A DNA stretch of 64,000 bases, taken from the NCBI GenBank assembly GCA_965203555.1, contig CBDBCY010000004.1:416001-480000 (forward strand), read 5' to 3'. Positions 43,863-54,543 of this stretch are shown in pieces. Every line of letters begins with the position of its first letter. Positions within the stretch are counted from its first letter, which is position 1. Source of the DNA: Acidimicrobiia bacterium (GTDB lineage: Bacteria > Actinomycetota > Acidimicrobiia > Spongiisociales > ZC4RG35). The notes under the pieces are model-generated. The model saw nothing but the letters and a program-made list of their open reading frames with translations. It did no database searches and was not told where the DNA came from. A program made the position numbers and the translations under genes.

Positions 43863-44973
43863 GTGCCGCGGGAAGATATTTCCTCCCAGTCTGCCCACCC
43901 TCCTCCCTGGCTCAACAGATGGTTGCTGACTGCCTCGTTGATCCTGCTTGGTGTTGCAGCCACCGTTTGGGTGATCGCACAATTGACCACCCTGCTGCTG
44001 ATGACGTTCATGGCGCTGTTTCTGACGGTGGCCCTCGGTCCGGCGGTCGACTGGCTGGAAAAGAGAAGATGGAACCGTCGATGGGCCACTGCCGCGGTCT
44101 TCTTAGCCGCCTTCTTCCTGGTGATCCTGTTCCTGGCCACGCTGCTGCCGCTATTCATCAACCAGACCGCCGCCATTGCGGTCAAACTGCCCGACTATCT
44201 GGCTACCACCGAGGAATGGCTGGGACGGTTCGTAGACATCGACCTACTGGACACCGCAGTCCGCGACCAACTGGAAGACCTGGGGTCACTGCTTCAGAAG
44301 TACGGAACGCAGGTGGCCGGCGGGGTCCTGGCGGTGGGAACCACTCTGGCGAATGTGGTCTTCCAAGCAGTGACCATCCTGCTGTTCGCCTTTTACATGG
44401 TGGCCGAAGCGCCAAAGATGCTGCAACTGGTGCTCTCGTTTTTCTCTGCGTCGCGTCAGCGCCTTCTGTTGCAGATCTGGCAGGTTTCCATAGAAAAGAC
44501 CGGAGGATACGTTTATTCACGCCTGATCCTGTCGGTGGTTTCGGCCGTGGTCACCGCGGTTGCGCCTCGCTCTCCTCTCGGTGCCTTATCCGGTGGCCCT
44601 GGGAATCTGGGTAGGAGTCACCTCCCAGGTCCTGCCCGTAATCGGGACCTATATCGCCGGGGCCCTCCCGGTGTTCATCGCCTTGGTCGAGGACCCGATC
44701 ACCGCACTTTGGGTGCTGGTGATCATCGTCGCCTATCAGCAACTCGAAAACCTGGTGATCTCACCCCGGGTCACCTCCCGCACCATGGAAATCCATCCCG
44801 CTGTCTCAGTGGGCGCCGTGATCGCCGGCGGATCGCTGATGGGCATAGTAGGCGCGGTGCTGGCCCTGCCGGTTGCAGCCATCGTGCAGTCCCTGATTTC
44901 CACCACCCGCCAACGTCACGACCTGGTTGTGAGATTCGATGAGCAGGATCAAGAGGATGACGCAGTGGGATGA
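43863..44973 (+). pseudogene. AI-2E family transporter with a single +1 frameshift at about 44565
   Basis: N-terminal half in ORF 43863.., C-terminal half (YQQLENLVISPR, IHPAV, LALPVAA) in ORF ..44973; removing one C at 44565/6 restores TAVA-LALLSVPYP. Confidence 0.85.
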
Positions 44974-46147
44974 ACCGGTCATAGAAACGCCGAACGATCC
45001 TGACTCCCCGGATCGAAACGGCCCCCTGGCTGCAGTGTCGGTGGTGGAACTCGCCGGGCTGGGACCTGGGCCCTTCGCCGGCATGGTGATGGCCGACCTG
45101 GGCGCCGAGGTGACGTTGGTTGACCGCCCCGGCGGGGGCGTGGATTACGCGGCGGGCCAAGTCATTCTCAATCGGGGAAAACGCTCGATCGCAGTGGACT
45201 TGAAGAAGCCCGAGGGCAGGGAGGTAGCGCTCAGCCTGGTGGAGCGGGCCGACATACTCATTGAAGGTTTCCGGCCCGGTGTCGCCGAGCGCCTGGGAGT
45301 GGGCCCCGAGGTCTGCCTGGAACGAAACCCTCGCCTGGTTTACGGGCGGATCACCGGATGGGGACAGGAAGGTCCGTTGTCGCGCACCGCCGGGCACGAC
45401 ATCAACTACATAGCCGTGGCCGGAGCCCTGCATCCCATCGGCCCGGTCGAGCGACCGGCGGTACCACTCAACCTGATCGCTGATTACGGCGGCGGAGGGA
45501 TGTTGCTGGTTTCGGGAGTGCTGGCCGCTCTGATCTCGGCTCGCACCACCGGGAAGGGACAGGTAGTGGACGCCGCCATGGTGGACGGCACGGCTCTACT
45601 GACCGCCGTCATGCACGCCGGTCTCGCAGGAGGTTGGTGGACATCGCAGCGCAATTCCAACTTCCTGGACGGCGCGGCGCCTTTCTACGACGTCTACGAG
45701 ACAGCGGACGGGCGCCATGTGGCGGTGGGGTGTTTGGAGGAGCAGTTCCTGGAGGAGATGTGCTCCAGGCTGGACATCGACCGTGGGGACCTGCCGCACC
45801 GGTTCGATCCAAAGGGATGGCCGCAGTTGCGCCGGCGGTTGGAGGAAACCTTCCGGCAAAGGACCCGTGACGAATGGGCGGAGGAATTCGCGGAGGGCGA
45901 CGCTTGCGTGTCGCCGGTGCTGAGTCTGAGCGAAGCCACCCGGCACCCTCACCTGCGGTGGCGGTCCACCTTCGTAGAAGTGGGGGGATGGCGGCAACCG
46001 GCCCCGGCGCCGCGGTTCTCGCAAACCCCCGCTGCGACCCCTTCTCCCTCCCCATCCCGGGGGGAGCACACAGACCGGATTCTCGGCGATCTCGGGTTCT
46101 CACCCGAGGTCATAGATAGACTTCGCAGCAAAGGCGCAGTTGGTTGA
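44957..46147 (+). CDS. Alpha-methylacyl-CoA racemase (CaiB/BaiF CoA-transferase III family)
   Basis: AGLGPGPF, NRGKRSI, EGFRPGV, GHDINY, ADYGGG, PAPAPRFS. Confidence 0.92.
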   Translation: MTQWDEPVIETPNDPDSPDRNGPLAAVSVVELAGLGPGPFAGMVMADLGAEVTLVDRPGGGVDYAAGQVILNRGKRSIAVDLKKPEGREVALSLVERADILIEGFRPGVAERLGVGPEVCLERNPRLVYGRITGWGQEGPLSRTAGHDINYIAVAGALHPIGPVERPAVPLNLIADYGGGGMLLVSGVLAALISARTTGKGQVVDAAMVDGTALLTAVMHAGLAGGWWTSQRNSNFLDGAAPFYDVYETADGRHVAVGCLEEQFLEEMCSRLDIDRGDLPHRFDPKGWPQLRRRLEETFRQRTRDEWAEEFAEGDACVSPVLSLSEATRHPHLRWRSTFVEVGGWRQPAPAPRFSQTPAATPSPSPSRGEHTDRILGDLGFSPEVIDRLRSKGAVG

Positions 46148-46167
46148 TCTAAGAAGGAAACATAGAA

Positions 46168-48015
46168 ATGAGTAATCGCGATCTTCAATCCGAACGCCGG
46201 CAGATCGATCAGGCCGTTGACGGTCTCACGCTGGTAGACCTCTTGAACCGTGCCGCAGACGACCATGGAGACCGGTCCGCCGCCCGGTGGCAATCCGGAG
46301 ACGGCGAGTGGCGGGGCCTTACCTGGGAACAGATGCGCCGGATTACCCATCAGGTCGCGGCAGGCCTGCAAACCCTGGGAGTCGGGGCGGGTGACTTCGT
46401 GGGGATCACGGCCGGAGTCCGACCCGAACATGCCCTGGCCGATCTGGGAATCGTGCACACCGGCGCGGTTCCGATCACCTTCTATGAGACTCTCGCTCCG
46501 CCGCAAATCGCCTACATCGCCAAGCAGACCGGCGTGAAAGTGGCCATAGTGGAGAACCGGGAGGCGATGGACGGTTGGCAGGCAGCCCGCTCCCAGCTTC
46601 CCCGGCTGGAGACCTTCATCCTGCTCGACACCCCCGAAGGCGGAGTTCCGGACGGCGCCCTCTCCTGGGAAGCGCTACTGGAACAGGGAAAGGACCTTCT
46701 TTCGAAGGATCCCGCCACTGTTGCCCGGTCGGCTGAAGAGGTCACCCCCTCCCAACTCGCCACTCTGATCTACACGTCGGGGACCACCGGCGACCCCAAG
46801 GGAGTGATGGTCACCCACCGCAACGTGGTGTGGACGGTCGAGAGCGTGTTTCGCACCCTGAACATGCCATCTCATGTCCGGACCCTGGCCTATCTTCCCT
46901 TCGCTCACATCGCAGCGCGGGCCGGCACCCATTACACGACGATCTACTCGGCGGGGGAGGTCTACTACTGTCCCGATCTCACCCAGGTGGCCGACTACTC
47001 CCGAGCCTGCCGACCCCAGGCTTTCCTGGGAGTGCCGAGGGTGTGGGAGAAGTTCCAGGCTCGGCTGCTGGAAGCGTTGGAGGCCGATCCCAAGCGCCGG
47101 GACCTGGTTTTGAAGGCAATCGCCAACGGTCGGGAAGTGGTAGAAGGCCGGGTGTCCGGAAAGCACGCTTCGCTCGGCAAGCGCATCAAGCATGCTCTGT
47201 TCGACCGGATCATCTTCTCAAAGATCCGCAAGCGCCTGGGAATGGAGGAACTGGAACTGGCCGTCACCGCCGCCGCGCCCATCAGCCGCGATCTGCTGGT
47301 TTTCTTCCACGCCCTGGGAATTCCCCTCTACGAGATCTACGGGATGAGCGAGAACACCGGCCCGGCCACTTGCACCACGGCCGCCAACACCGCTTTGGGA
47401 ACGGTGGGCAAACCGTTCATGGGGGTGGAGGTGGAAACCACCGACGACGGCGAGATCAGAATCCGGGGAGGGGTGGTGACCGACGGTTACTACCGGCTTC
47501 CCCAGGCCACCGCCGACACCTTTGCCCAGGATGGATGGCTGTATTCAGGAGATCTCGGCGAGTGGGACGAAAACGGGAACCTCAGGATTGTGGGAAGGAA
47601 GAAGGAAATCATCATCACGTCCTCGGGCAAGAACGTCGCTCCGGCCATCCTGGAGACCTCTCTTTCCAGCCATCCGCTGGTCGGTGGAGTGTGCATGGTG
47701 GGAGACAACCGGCCATATCTCACCATGCTGGTTTCCCTCGATCCCCAAGAGGCGCCCAGGTGGGCTGAACAGCAAGGGATTGCAGCCGGCGACTGGGACG
47801 ACCTGATCACTGAAGCCAAAATCGTCGACGAGATCCAATCCGCCTTGGAGACCGGCAATCAGATGGTGGCCCGGGCCGAGCAGGTCAAGAAGATCGCCAT
47901 CGTCCAGGACCCGTGGCTTCCCGACACCGGGGAGATCACCCCCTCCATGAAAGTCAAACGGCACGTCGTTTTGAGCAAGTACGCTGGGGTGATCAGCGAG
48001 CTCTACGACGATTAG
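46168..48015 (+). CDS. Long-chain fatty acid-CoA ligase (FAA1/FadD15-like)
   Basis: IYTSGTTGDPKG, YGMSE, SGDLG, GRKKE, GKNVAP, TPSMKVKR. Confidence 0.93.
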   Translation: MSNRDLQSERRQIDQAVDGLTLVDLLNRAADDHGDRSAARWQSGDGEWRGLTWEQMRRITHQVAAGLQTLGVGAGDFVGITAGVRPEHALADLGIVHTGAVPITFYETLAPPQIAYIAKQTGVKVAIVENREAMDGWQAARSQLPRLETFILLDTPEGGVPDGALSWEALLEQGKDLLSKDPATVARSAEEVTPSQLATLIYTSGTTGDPKGVMVTHRNVVWTVESVFRTLNMPSHVRTLAYLPFAHIAARAGTHYTTIYSAGEVYYCPDLTQVADYSRACRPQAFLGVPRVWEKFQARLLEALEADPKRRDLVLKAIANGREVVEGRVSGKHASLGKRIKHALFDRIIFSKIRKRLGMEELELAVTAAAPISRDLLVFFHALGIPLYEIYGMSENTGPATCTTAANTALGTVGKPFMGVEVETTDDGEIRIRGGVVTDGYYRLPQATADTFAQDGWLYSGDLGEWDENGNLRIVGRKKEIIITSSGKNVAPAILETSLSSHPLVGGVCMVGDNRPYLTMLVSLDPQEAPRWAEQQGIAAGDWDDLITEAKIVDEIQSALETGNQMVARAEQVKKIAIVQDPWLPDTGEITPSMKVKRHVVLSKYAGVISELYDD

Positions 48016-48056
48016 ACCACCGGCGCCCGAACCCGAACCAGACAGGAGAGTTTGCG

Positions 48057-48962
48057 TTGTCAGACATCACTTTTGACCAGAGGGTGGCGATCGTCACCGG
48101 GGCAGGAGGCGGCTTGGGGCGAAGCTACGCCTTGGAACTGGCCCGTCGCGGCGCCCGGGTGGTCGTAAACGACCTGGGAGGCGCCATCGACGGCACCGGA
48201 GGGGACAGTCGACCCGCCGACCTGGTTGTTGAAGAAATCGCCCGGCGGGGTGGGGAGGCGGTGGCCAACTACGATTCCGTGGCCAGTCCCGATGGGGGAG
48301 CGGCGATCGTACAGACCGCGGTGGACGCCTTCGGAACAGTGGATGTGGTAATCAACAACGCCGGGATCCTGCGGGATCGCAGCTTCGGGAACTTGACCCT
48401 GGCTGAACTCCAGGCGGTGATGGATGTGCATCTGCTGGGCGCCTTCTACGTCTCGATGCCGGCCTTCCCCATCATGAAGGAAAAAGGATACGGGCGGTTT
48501 GTCTTCACGTCCTCCAACGCCGGTATCTTCGGCAATTTCGGCCAGACCAATTACGGGGCCGCCAAGGCCGGGCTGGTCGGTTTCTCCAACGTGCTGGCCA
48601 TCGAAGGGGCCAAGTACAACATCAAGTCCAACGTGATCGCACCCGTGGCCCGAACCCGGCTCACCGAGGAGTTGCTGGGGCCTCTGACCGACTTCCTGGA
48701 CCCCGATCAGGTGATGCCCATGGTGGTGTATCTCTGCTCGGAAACCAACCAGTTCACCCATGAGATCTTCACCGCCGGGGGTGGCCGCTACGGACGCATT
48801 TTCGTTGGAACCAACCAGGGATGGTTCTCGGGAATGCAAGTGGTGCCCTCGGTAGAGGAGGTCCGCGACAACCTCGATCAGATCCGCGACATCTCCCAGT
48901 ACCAGGTCCCGATGAGTTCCACCGAGGAGATCATGCTGATCGCCAAGGCCATGGGGGGCTGA
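48057..48962 (+). CDS. SDR 3-hydroxyacyl-CoA dehydrogenase (MFE-2/HSD17B4 N-domain-like)
   Basis: TGAGGGLG, VVNDLGG, NNAGILRD, GNFGQTNYGAAK. Confidence 0.92.
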   Translation: MSDITFDQRVAIVTGAGGGLGRSYALELARRGARVVVNDLGGAIDGTGGDSRPADLVVEEIARRGGEAVANYDSVASPDGGAAIVQTAVDAFGTVDVVINNAGILRDRSFGNLTLAELQAVMDVHLLGAFYVSMPAFPIMKEKGYGRFVFTSSNAGIFGNFGQTNYGAAKAGLVGFSNVLAIEGAKYNIKSNVIAPVARTRLTEELLGPLTDFLDPDQVMPMVVYLCSETNQFTHEIFTAGGGRYGRIFVGTNQGWFSGMQVVPSVEEVRDNLDQIRDISQYQVPMSSTEEIMLIAKAMGG

Positions 48963-48964
48963 TC

Positions 48965-49819
48965 ATGCCTATCGACGTCGAAGCCGCCCTGGGCAGCACC
49001 CTCCCGTCCCGGCAGTTCGCCTGGGACGAGGACCGGGTCATCCTGTACCACCTGGGATTGGGCGCAGGCGCCCCTCCCACCGATCCGCTCGAATTGTCCT
49101 ACGCCTACGAGGGAAACCTCTCGGTTCTTCCTTCCTTCGGCACGGTGGCCGCCTATTCCTCCATGGCCGCCATCTCCATGGCCCGGGGAGTGGATATCAA
49201 CTGGGCACTGCTGCTCCACGGCGAACAGGACCTGGAGATCCGCCGCCCGATTCCCCGCAGTGGCGAGGTGACAAACCAGCCGCGCATCGTCCACATCTAC
49301 GACAAGGGACGGGCCGCCCTGATAGTGGTGGAAGTCACCTCCACCGACAATCGCAGCAACGAGGTGCTGTTCGTCAACCGGGCTTCCCTTTTCGTTCGCG
49401 GCGAAGGGGGATGGGGTGGAGATTCCGGTCCCAAGGCCTCGAATCACGCGCCTACCCGGGATCCCGATCACGTCGTCCGCTCGGGTACCCTCCCCCAGCA
49501 GGCGTTGCTGTACAGGCTGTCGGGAGACAAGAACCCACTTCACGCCGATCCGGCCTTCGCCGCACTGGGAGGATTCGACCGCCCGATCCTTCATGGCCTC
49601 TGCACCTACGGAGTCGTGTGCAAAGCGGCAATCGATACCGTGTTGGGGGGAGATCCAGGACGGGCCCGGCGCTACCAGGCCCGATTCGCCGGGGTGGTGT
49701 TCCCCGGCGAGACAGTGGTGACCCGAATGTGGGAAGAAGGGGATGTGATCCTTTTGGAGGCGGCGGTGGAAGAGCGCGACGCGACGGTTCTTTCCAACGC
49801 GGCCCTCTGGGTGAACTAG
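48965..49819 (+). CDS. MaoC-type double-hotdog (R)-enoyl-CoA hydratase 2
   Basis: LLHGEQ, YRLSGDKNPLHADP, ILHGLCTYG. Confidence 0.93.
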   Translation: MPIDVEAALGSTLPSRQFAWDEDRVILYHLGLGAGAPPTDPLELSYAYEGNLSVLPSFGTVAAYSSMAAISMARGVDINWALLLHGEQDLEIRRPIPRSGEVTNQPRIVHIYDKGRAALIVVEVTSTDNRSNEVLFVNRASLFVRGEGGWGGDSGPKASNHAPTRDPDHVVRSGTLPQQALLYRLSGDKNPLHADPAFAALGGFDRPILHGLCTYGVVCKAAIDTVLGGDPGRARRYQARFAGVVFPGETVVTRMWEEGDVILLEAAVEERDATVLSNAALWVN

Positions 49820-49834
49820 AGAGGAGGTCTGGAC

Positions 49835-51025
49835 ATGGCGCCGACCGCAGTCCGCAGTCCGATAGACGAGAGACTGGACCAGTTGATTTCCACGTATCCG
49901 CCCGCCGAAACCAATCCGGTGGAATTCTGGGGCGCCCAGTTCGATCTGGGTCTGGCCTGGCCGTCTCTTCCCGAAGGATCGGGAGGAATGGGTGTCTCAC
50001 CCGCCGAGGCAGCATCGGTCAACCGAGTGTTGGGAGAGGCAGGGGCGCCATCCGACAATGTCGCCCGCAACCTGATCGGCTACGGGATGGGCGGTCCCAC
50101 GGTGGCGGTTCATGGAACGCCCGAACAGAGACAGCGTTGGTTGCGGAAGATGTTCACCGCCGAGGAAATCTGGTGCCAACTGTTCAGTGAACCAGGCGCC
50201 GGATCAGACGCGGCCGGGGTGAGCACCAGCGCCGTCCGGGACGGTGACGAGTGGGTGGTGAACGGGCAGAAGGTGTGGACCACCCTGGGACACAACGCCA
50301 AGTGGGGCATGCTCACCGCCCGCACCAATCCCGGAATCCCCAAGCATCGGGGCATCACCTACTTCATAATCGACATGGATCAGCCGGAGGTGGAGGTGCG
50401 CCCGCTGCGTCAGATGACCGGCGAGGCCGAGTTCAACGAGGTGTATTTCACCGACGCCCGGGTTCCCGACAGCAACCGCCTGGGAGAAGTGGGGGAGGGT
50501 TGGAGAGTCTCGGTGACCACTCTCATGAACGAGCGGGTGATCATCGGCGAGAACATCAGCCCCCGCGGAGAGGGCGCCATCGCCACCGCGGTGGAAGTAT
50601 GGCGCAACTCCGATTCGGATGACCAGGCTCGTCGCGACGAACTGGTAAAGCTGTGGGTGGAGGCGGAAGCGATCAGGCTCACCGGCATCCGAGACCGGAC
50701 GGCCCGGATGCGAGGAACGCCCGGTCCAGAAGGATCGACGCTCAAACTGCAGTGGGCCGAATTCCGCAAGCAGACCTTCGCCTGGGCGGTCGACATGATG
50801 GGAGCCCACGGGATGCTCTATCCGGAGGCCTACGAGTTCCGCACGCCCGACAGTTTGGAGACAGAACACAGCCCCCAATGGCAGTTCCTCCGCTCCCGCG
50901 CCAACTCCATAGAGGGAGGAACTTCGGAGATCCTTCGCAACGTGATAGGGGAGCGGGTGCTGGGACTGCCCAGGGAACCCCGGGTGGACCTGGAACTCCC
51001 CTGGAAGGAAGTAGCCCGCAGCTAA
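49835..51025 (+). CDS. Acyl-CoA dehydrogenase
   Basis: WCQLFSEPGAGSD, NGQKVWT, FNEVYF, IEGGTSEILRN. Confidence 0.95.
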   Translation: MAPTAVRSPIDERLDQLISTYPPAETNPVEFWGAQFDLGLAWPSLPEGSGGMGVSPAEAASVNRVLGEAGAPSDNVARNLIGYGMGGPTVAVHGTPEQRQRWLRKMFTAEEIWCQLFSEPGAGSDAAGVSTSAVRDGDEWVVNGQKVWTTLGHNAKWGMLTARTNPGIPKHRGITYFIIDMDQPEVEVRPLRQMTGEAEFNEVYFTDARVPDSNRLGEVGEGWRVSVTTLMNERVIIGENISPRGEGAIATAVEVWRNSDSDDQARRDELVKLWVEAEAIRLTGIRDRTARMRGTPGPEGSTLKLQWAEFRKQTFAWAVDMMGAHGMLYPEAYEFRTPDSLETEHSPQWQFLRSRANSIEGGTSEILRNVIGERVLGLPREPRVDLELPWKEVARS

Positions 51026-51080
51026 GGGCCGCTCGCCTCCGGCCGATCCACACCCGGAGAAGAGTTATCCTTTCGGTGCC

Positions 51081-52052
51081 ATGGCGCGGGTGCTGGTAAC
51101 CAGAGCGATCAATCCTCTGGCGGCCGAGAGGCTGGCCGGACATGACGTGTGGACCTGGTCGGAGAACCGCACGATGCCCCGAGGATTGCTGTTGGACCGC
51201 GTTGCCAAAGCCGACGGCGCCCTGGTGATGCTCACGGACGCCATCGATGACGAGTTTCTCGATGCAGGCGCCGACTTGCGGGTGGTTTCCCAGATGGCAG
51301 TGGGGGTGGACAACGTGGATTTGCCGGCCTGCACCCGCCGGGGAGTACCGGTGGGACACACCCCGGATGTCCTTACCGAGACCACCGCCGACATGGCCTG
51401 GGCGCTGCTGGGCGCCGCCGCCCGGCGCATCCCCGAGGGACGAGAATACGTCCTGGGCGGGCATTGGGGAGAATGGGACCCCGATCTTCTGCTGGGCAAC
51501 GATCTGTGGGGAACGACCCTGGGAATCGTGGGGATGGGACGGATCGGGGCGGCGGTGGCCCGAAGGGCCATGGGATTCTCCATGAGGGTGCTGTACAGTT
51601 CGAGGACGCCCAAACCCGATGTGGAACAGAAGGCAGGCGCCACCTACGCCGAGTTGGACGAGGTGTTGCGGGAGGCCGACCATGTGGTGATCACCGCCTC
51701 TTACACATCGCAAACCCACCACCTGATCGACTCGGCCGCCTTGGATCGGATGAAACCGACCGCAACATTGGTGAACATCGCCCGCGGCCCGCTGGTCGAC
51801 CCGCAGGCCCTTTACCGGGCACTCCGATCGGATGGCATTTGGGCGGCGGCCCTGGACGTGACCGAACCGGAGCCCATACCGGCCGACCATCCGCTCCTCA
51901 CCCTTCCCAACTGTCTGGTGATACCTCATCTGGGTTCGGCCAGCCACGGCACGCGACTGGCAATGGCCACCCGAGCGGTGGAGAACCTACTCGCCGGACT
52001 GGACAAACGGAGAGTCCCGTGGTGCGCCAATCCCGAGGTTTACTCCCCGTAA
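51081..52052 (+). CDS. D-glycerate dehydrogenase/glyoxylate reductase (D-2-hydroxyacid DH)
   Basis: GVDNVD, GMGRIG, NIARG, LDVTEPEP, PHLGSA. Confidence 0.92.
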   Translation: MARVLVTRAINPLAAERLAGHDVWTWSENRTMPRGLLLDRVAKADGALVMLTDAIDDEFLDAGADLRVVSQMAVGVDNVDLPACTRRGVPVGHTPDVLTETTADMAWALLGAAARRIPEGREYVLGGHWGEWDPDLLLGNDLWGTTLGIVGMGRIGAAVARRAMGFSMRVLYSSRTPKPDVEQKAGATYAELDEVLREADHVVITASYTSQTHHLIDSAALDRMKPTATLVNIARGPLVDPQALYRALRSDGIWAAALDVTEPEPIPADHPLLTLPNCLVIPHLGSASHGTRLAMATRAVENLLAGLDKRRVPWCANPEVYSP

Positions 52053-52141
52053 TACCGGCCGGGCGGAAGAAGGGACAGACTCCCGACCAACTATGGCTGG
52101 CAACCGGATATCTTGCGGCTTTCTAAAGCTATATGAAAGAG

Positions 52142-52813
52142 TTAGATAGCAGGTCGGCCGGTTAGAACGGCACCCGGCTGGACGGCCAGCAAGGCGCCTT
52201 GACGAATCGATACGTGCGCGCTGGTTTCGGTGAACCGGTTGGAGACGCCGCGGGTGCTCCCCGCCGCCAGCGTGGCGTTTTCCAATGTCCATTGGAGACC
52301 CTCGGTGGTCACCCCTACGGCATGCCCGCCCAGGGGTAGGAGCGAAACCAGGTCTCCCGGCTTTCCATGAAGGGTTGCCTGATGACGAACCACGGTGGCC
52401 AGATCTTCACCAGCCAACCATATGATTCGGGCGGCCAACCACCGATGATCCACTAACAGTTCAGCATTGGCGAGCAGATGGTCCAGTCTCCCTCCGTGTC
52501 CTCCCACCACTACCACCTGGTCCGCCTTTGGCATCGCCGCTTCCATCGCCAACTCCAGGTCGGTGTAGTCCTTGTCCTCGCAGTACTCCTGCACATCGCC
52601 TTTATGCCGCTCTGCGGCGTTCAGAGACACCGAGTCCAGATCGCCCACCAGCAGATCAGCTTCGAACCCCAGGCGATGGGCATGATCCAGTCCCGAATCA
52701 GCGGCGATCGCGAACGCCCCAGCGGGAATCCAGCCGGCAACCTCCACAGAAGGTGGCTCACCACCCGCGAATACCACTACCACTCGGGCCGCGATTGGAG
52801 CTTGCATCTGCAT
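52142..52813 (-). CDS. thiN: Thiamine diphosphokinase
   Basis: IAADSG, GDLDSV, KDYTDLELA, GGRLDH, RGVSN. Confidence 0.92.
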   Translation of the reverse strand: MQMQAPIAARVVVVFAGGEPPSVEVAGWIPAGAFAIAADSGLDHAHRLGFEADLLVGDLDSVSLNAAERHKGDVQEYCEDKDYTDLELAMEAAMPKADQVVVVGGHGGRLDHLLANAELLVDHRWLAARIIWLAGEDLATVVRHQATLHGKPGDLVSLLPLGGHAVGVTTEGLQWTLENATLAAGSTRGVSNRFTETSAHVSIRQGALLAVQPGAVLTGRPAI

Positions 52814-53136
52814 GAAGATAATGCTTGGCGGTACTCTGCGAAAGCTTCACCTACTTGGAACAGAATACTTACGGACAGGGGAGGCACACCTGAACCCAAG
52901 ACCCGGTTCCCCGAGCCTGCAAATTCGTACTCGCCGCGCCTTCAGGTCCCTCTTGTCGATGTCCAAGATCCAGGCCTCAAGCCGATGGTTGAGGTCCTGC
53001 CTGGTAAGGGCCTTCGATCTGACTACTTGGAAAACCCCTTCTCAAAAGAGGGATCCCGACCCAATATCAAAGGAGGGATTCGGGCATCTCGATCCTTGTA
53101 GAGTTGCCAGGGTCCCGCAGAGTATGTCAACCACCA

Positions 53137-54252
53137 ATGCCGTCTGCTGATCCAATCCGGTCCATTCGAAGGCTTGCCGTCCTGACCTCGGGAGGGGACG
53201 CTCCCGGCATGAACGCCGCGATCGTGTCAGTGGTGAAGGTGGCGGCGAGGGCCGGCGTAGAAGTGGTGGGGGTGGAGGATGGTTACGAAGGGCTGATCAA
53301 CGGCGACCTGCGGCCTCTCGTTGAACCAGGTTCACAGACCGGAGCACTGGCGCCGATCCCGGAGTTGACCGGCGTGGGAGGTCAAGGGGGAACCATACTG
53401 GGAACGGCCCGCTGCCCGCGTTTTCAGGATCCCACCTATCGGGCCCTTGCCGCGCAGTCGCTGCGGGAAGCCGGCGTAGAGGGACTGGTGGTCATTGGTG
53501 GAAATGGTTCGATGGCGGGCGCCCATGCCTTGTGGTCGGAGCACAGGCTGCCCACCGTGGGTATTCCCGCCTCGATCGACAATGATATCGGACACACCCG
53601 AGAGGCCCTGGGGGTGGACACAGCCCTCAACACCATCGTGGAGGCCTGCGATCGCATCAGTGACACAGCCAGATCTCACCGCCGAGCTTTCGTCGTGGAA
53701 GTAATGGGGCGCGACTGCGGATATCTTGCTTTGGCGGGAGCAGTCGCAACTCGGGCCGATGCAGTTCTCCTTCCCGAGAAGAATCCCGAGCGTCACCAGG
53801 TCTTGAAGAAGCTGGAAACCATAGTCCGGCATCGACTCTCGGACCATCGGGAGAAGAAAAAGGTGCTGATCCTCAAGGCTGAAGGTGTCAAGATCCCCAC
53901 CCCAACCCTGGTGACCGATCTTGCATCGGCGGTCTCGGATATGGAGGATGTCGAGGTGAGAGCAACCGTGTTGGGACACATCGTCCGTGGAGGTGACCCC
54001 ACATTTCGTGACAGATTGCTGGCCAGTCGATTCGCTCTGGTGGCAGTTCAGTCGATTCTGGCCGGGGAGTCAGGCGTCATGGTCTGCTGGTCGGTATCCG
54101 GTCGGGGAAAGGCAACCAGTGATGCATTCGTGAGGCTTCTGTCGCTTGATTCCGTGCTGCTAGAAACCATGTCGCTGACCGAGGGAACATCCGATCTCCA
54201 GAATGAGCGGATCCAGCGTCTGGGTGCAATCCATGGCGTACTTGCATTCTGA
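53137..54252 (+). CDS. pfkA: 6-phosphofructokinase
   Basis: TSGGDAPGMN, GGTILGTAR, IGGNGS, SIDND, EVMGRDCG, LGHIVRGG. Confidence 0.93.
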   Translation: MPSADPIRSIRRLAVLTSGGDAPGMNAAIVSVVKVAARAGVEVVGVEDGYEGLINGDLRPLVEPGSQTGALAPIPELTGVGGQGGTILGTARCPRFQDPTYRALAAQSLREAGVEGLVVIGGNGSMAGAHALWSEHRLPTVGIPASIDNDIGHTREALGVDTALNTIVEACDRISDTARSHRRAFVVEVMGRDCGYLALAGAVATRADAVLLPEKNPERHQVLKKLETIVRHRLSDHREKKKVLILKAEGVKIPTPTLVTDLASAVSDMEDVEVRATVLGHIVRGGDPTFRDRLLASRFALVAVQSILAGESGVMVCWSVSGRGKATSDAFVRLLSLDSVLLETMSLTEGTSDLQNERIQRLGAIHGVLAF

Positions 54253-54355
54253 AGCCTGCCGGTAACGGTCAGCACGGTATGTGCGTCTTATAGGAGGCCT
54301 AGGCAGCGGGTTCCAGGACCAGGGCGCCTGACAGCTCCAGGGAGCCACCCGATGT

Positions 54356-54435
54356 ATGGCGGGCAAGATGCAGGCTCATCTGGCAATGATCCAGGGCGTG
54401 GTCAACCGCTTGGCGCAAAGTTCCTTCCTCCTAGC
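54356..54435 (+). pseudogene. N-terminal fragment of a small membrane protein often found beside TIR/defence genes
   Basis: HLAMIQGVVNRLAQSSFLL resembles a recurrent HLE(M/F)IQ..I.R.A.NSF.LKGW motif (from memory); breaks off immediately after. Confidence 0.45.
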
Positions 54436-54543
54436 GGCACCTTCCGCTTACGCTGGGAACGGCCACCGAGTGGACTATCAGGGCGATAGGACAGCGAATA
54501 GGCGCAGGCTGAACTACCGGGAAACGGTGTATGCTGTGGGTTT

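Noticed and set aside
52812-53130. ORFs or a TPP riboswitch upstream of thiN
   Set aside because: No CTGAGA/ACCTG TPP core seen; ORFs lack recognisable features
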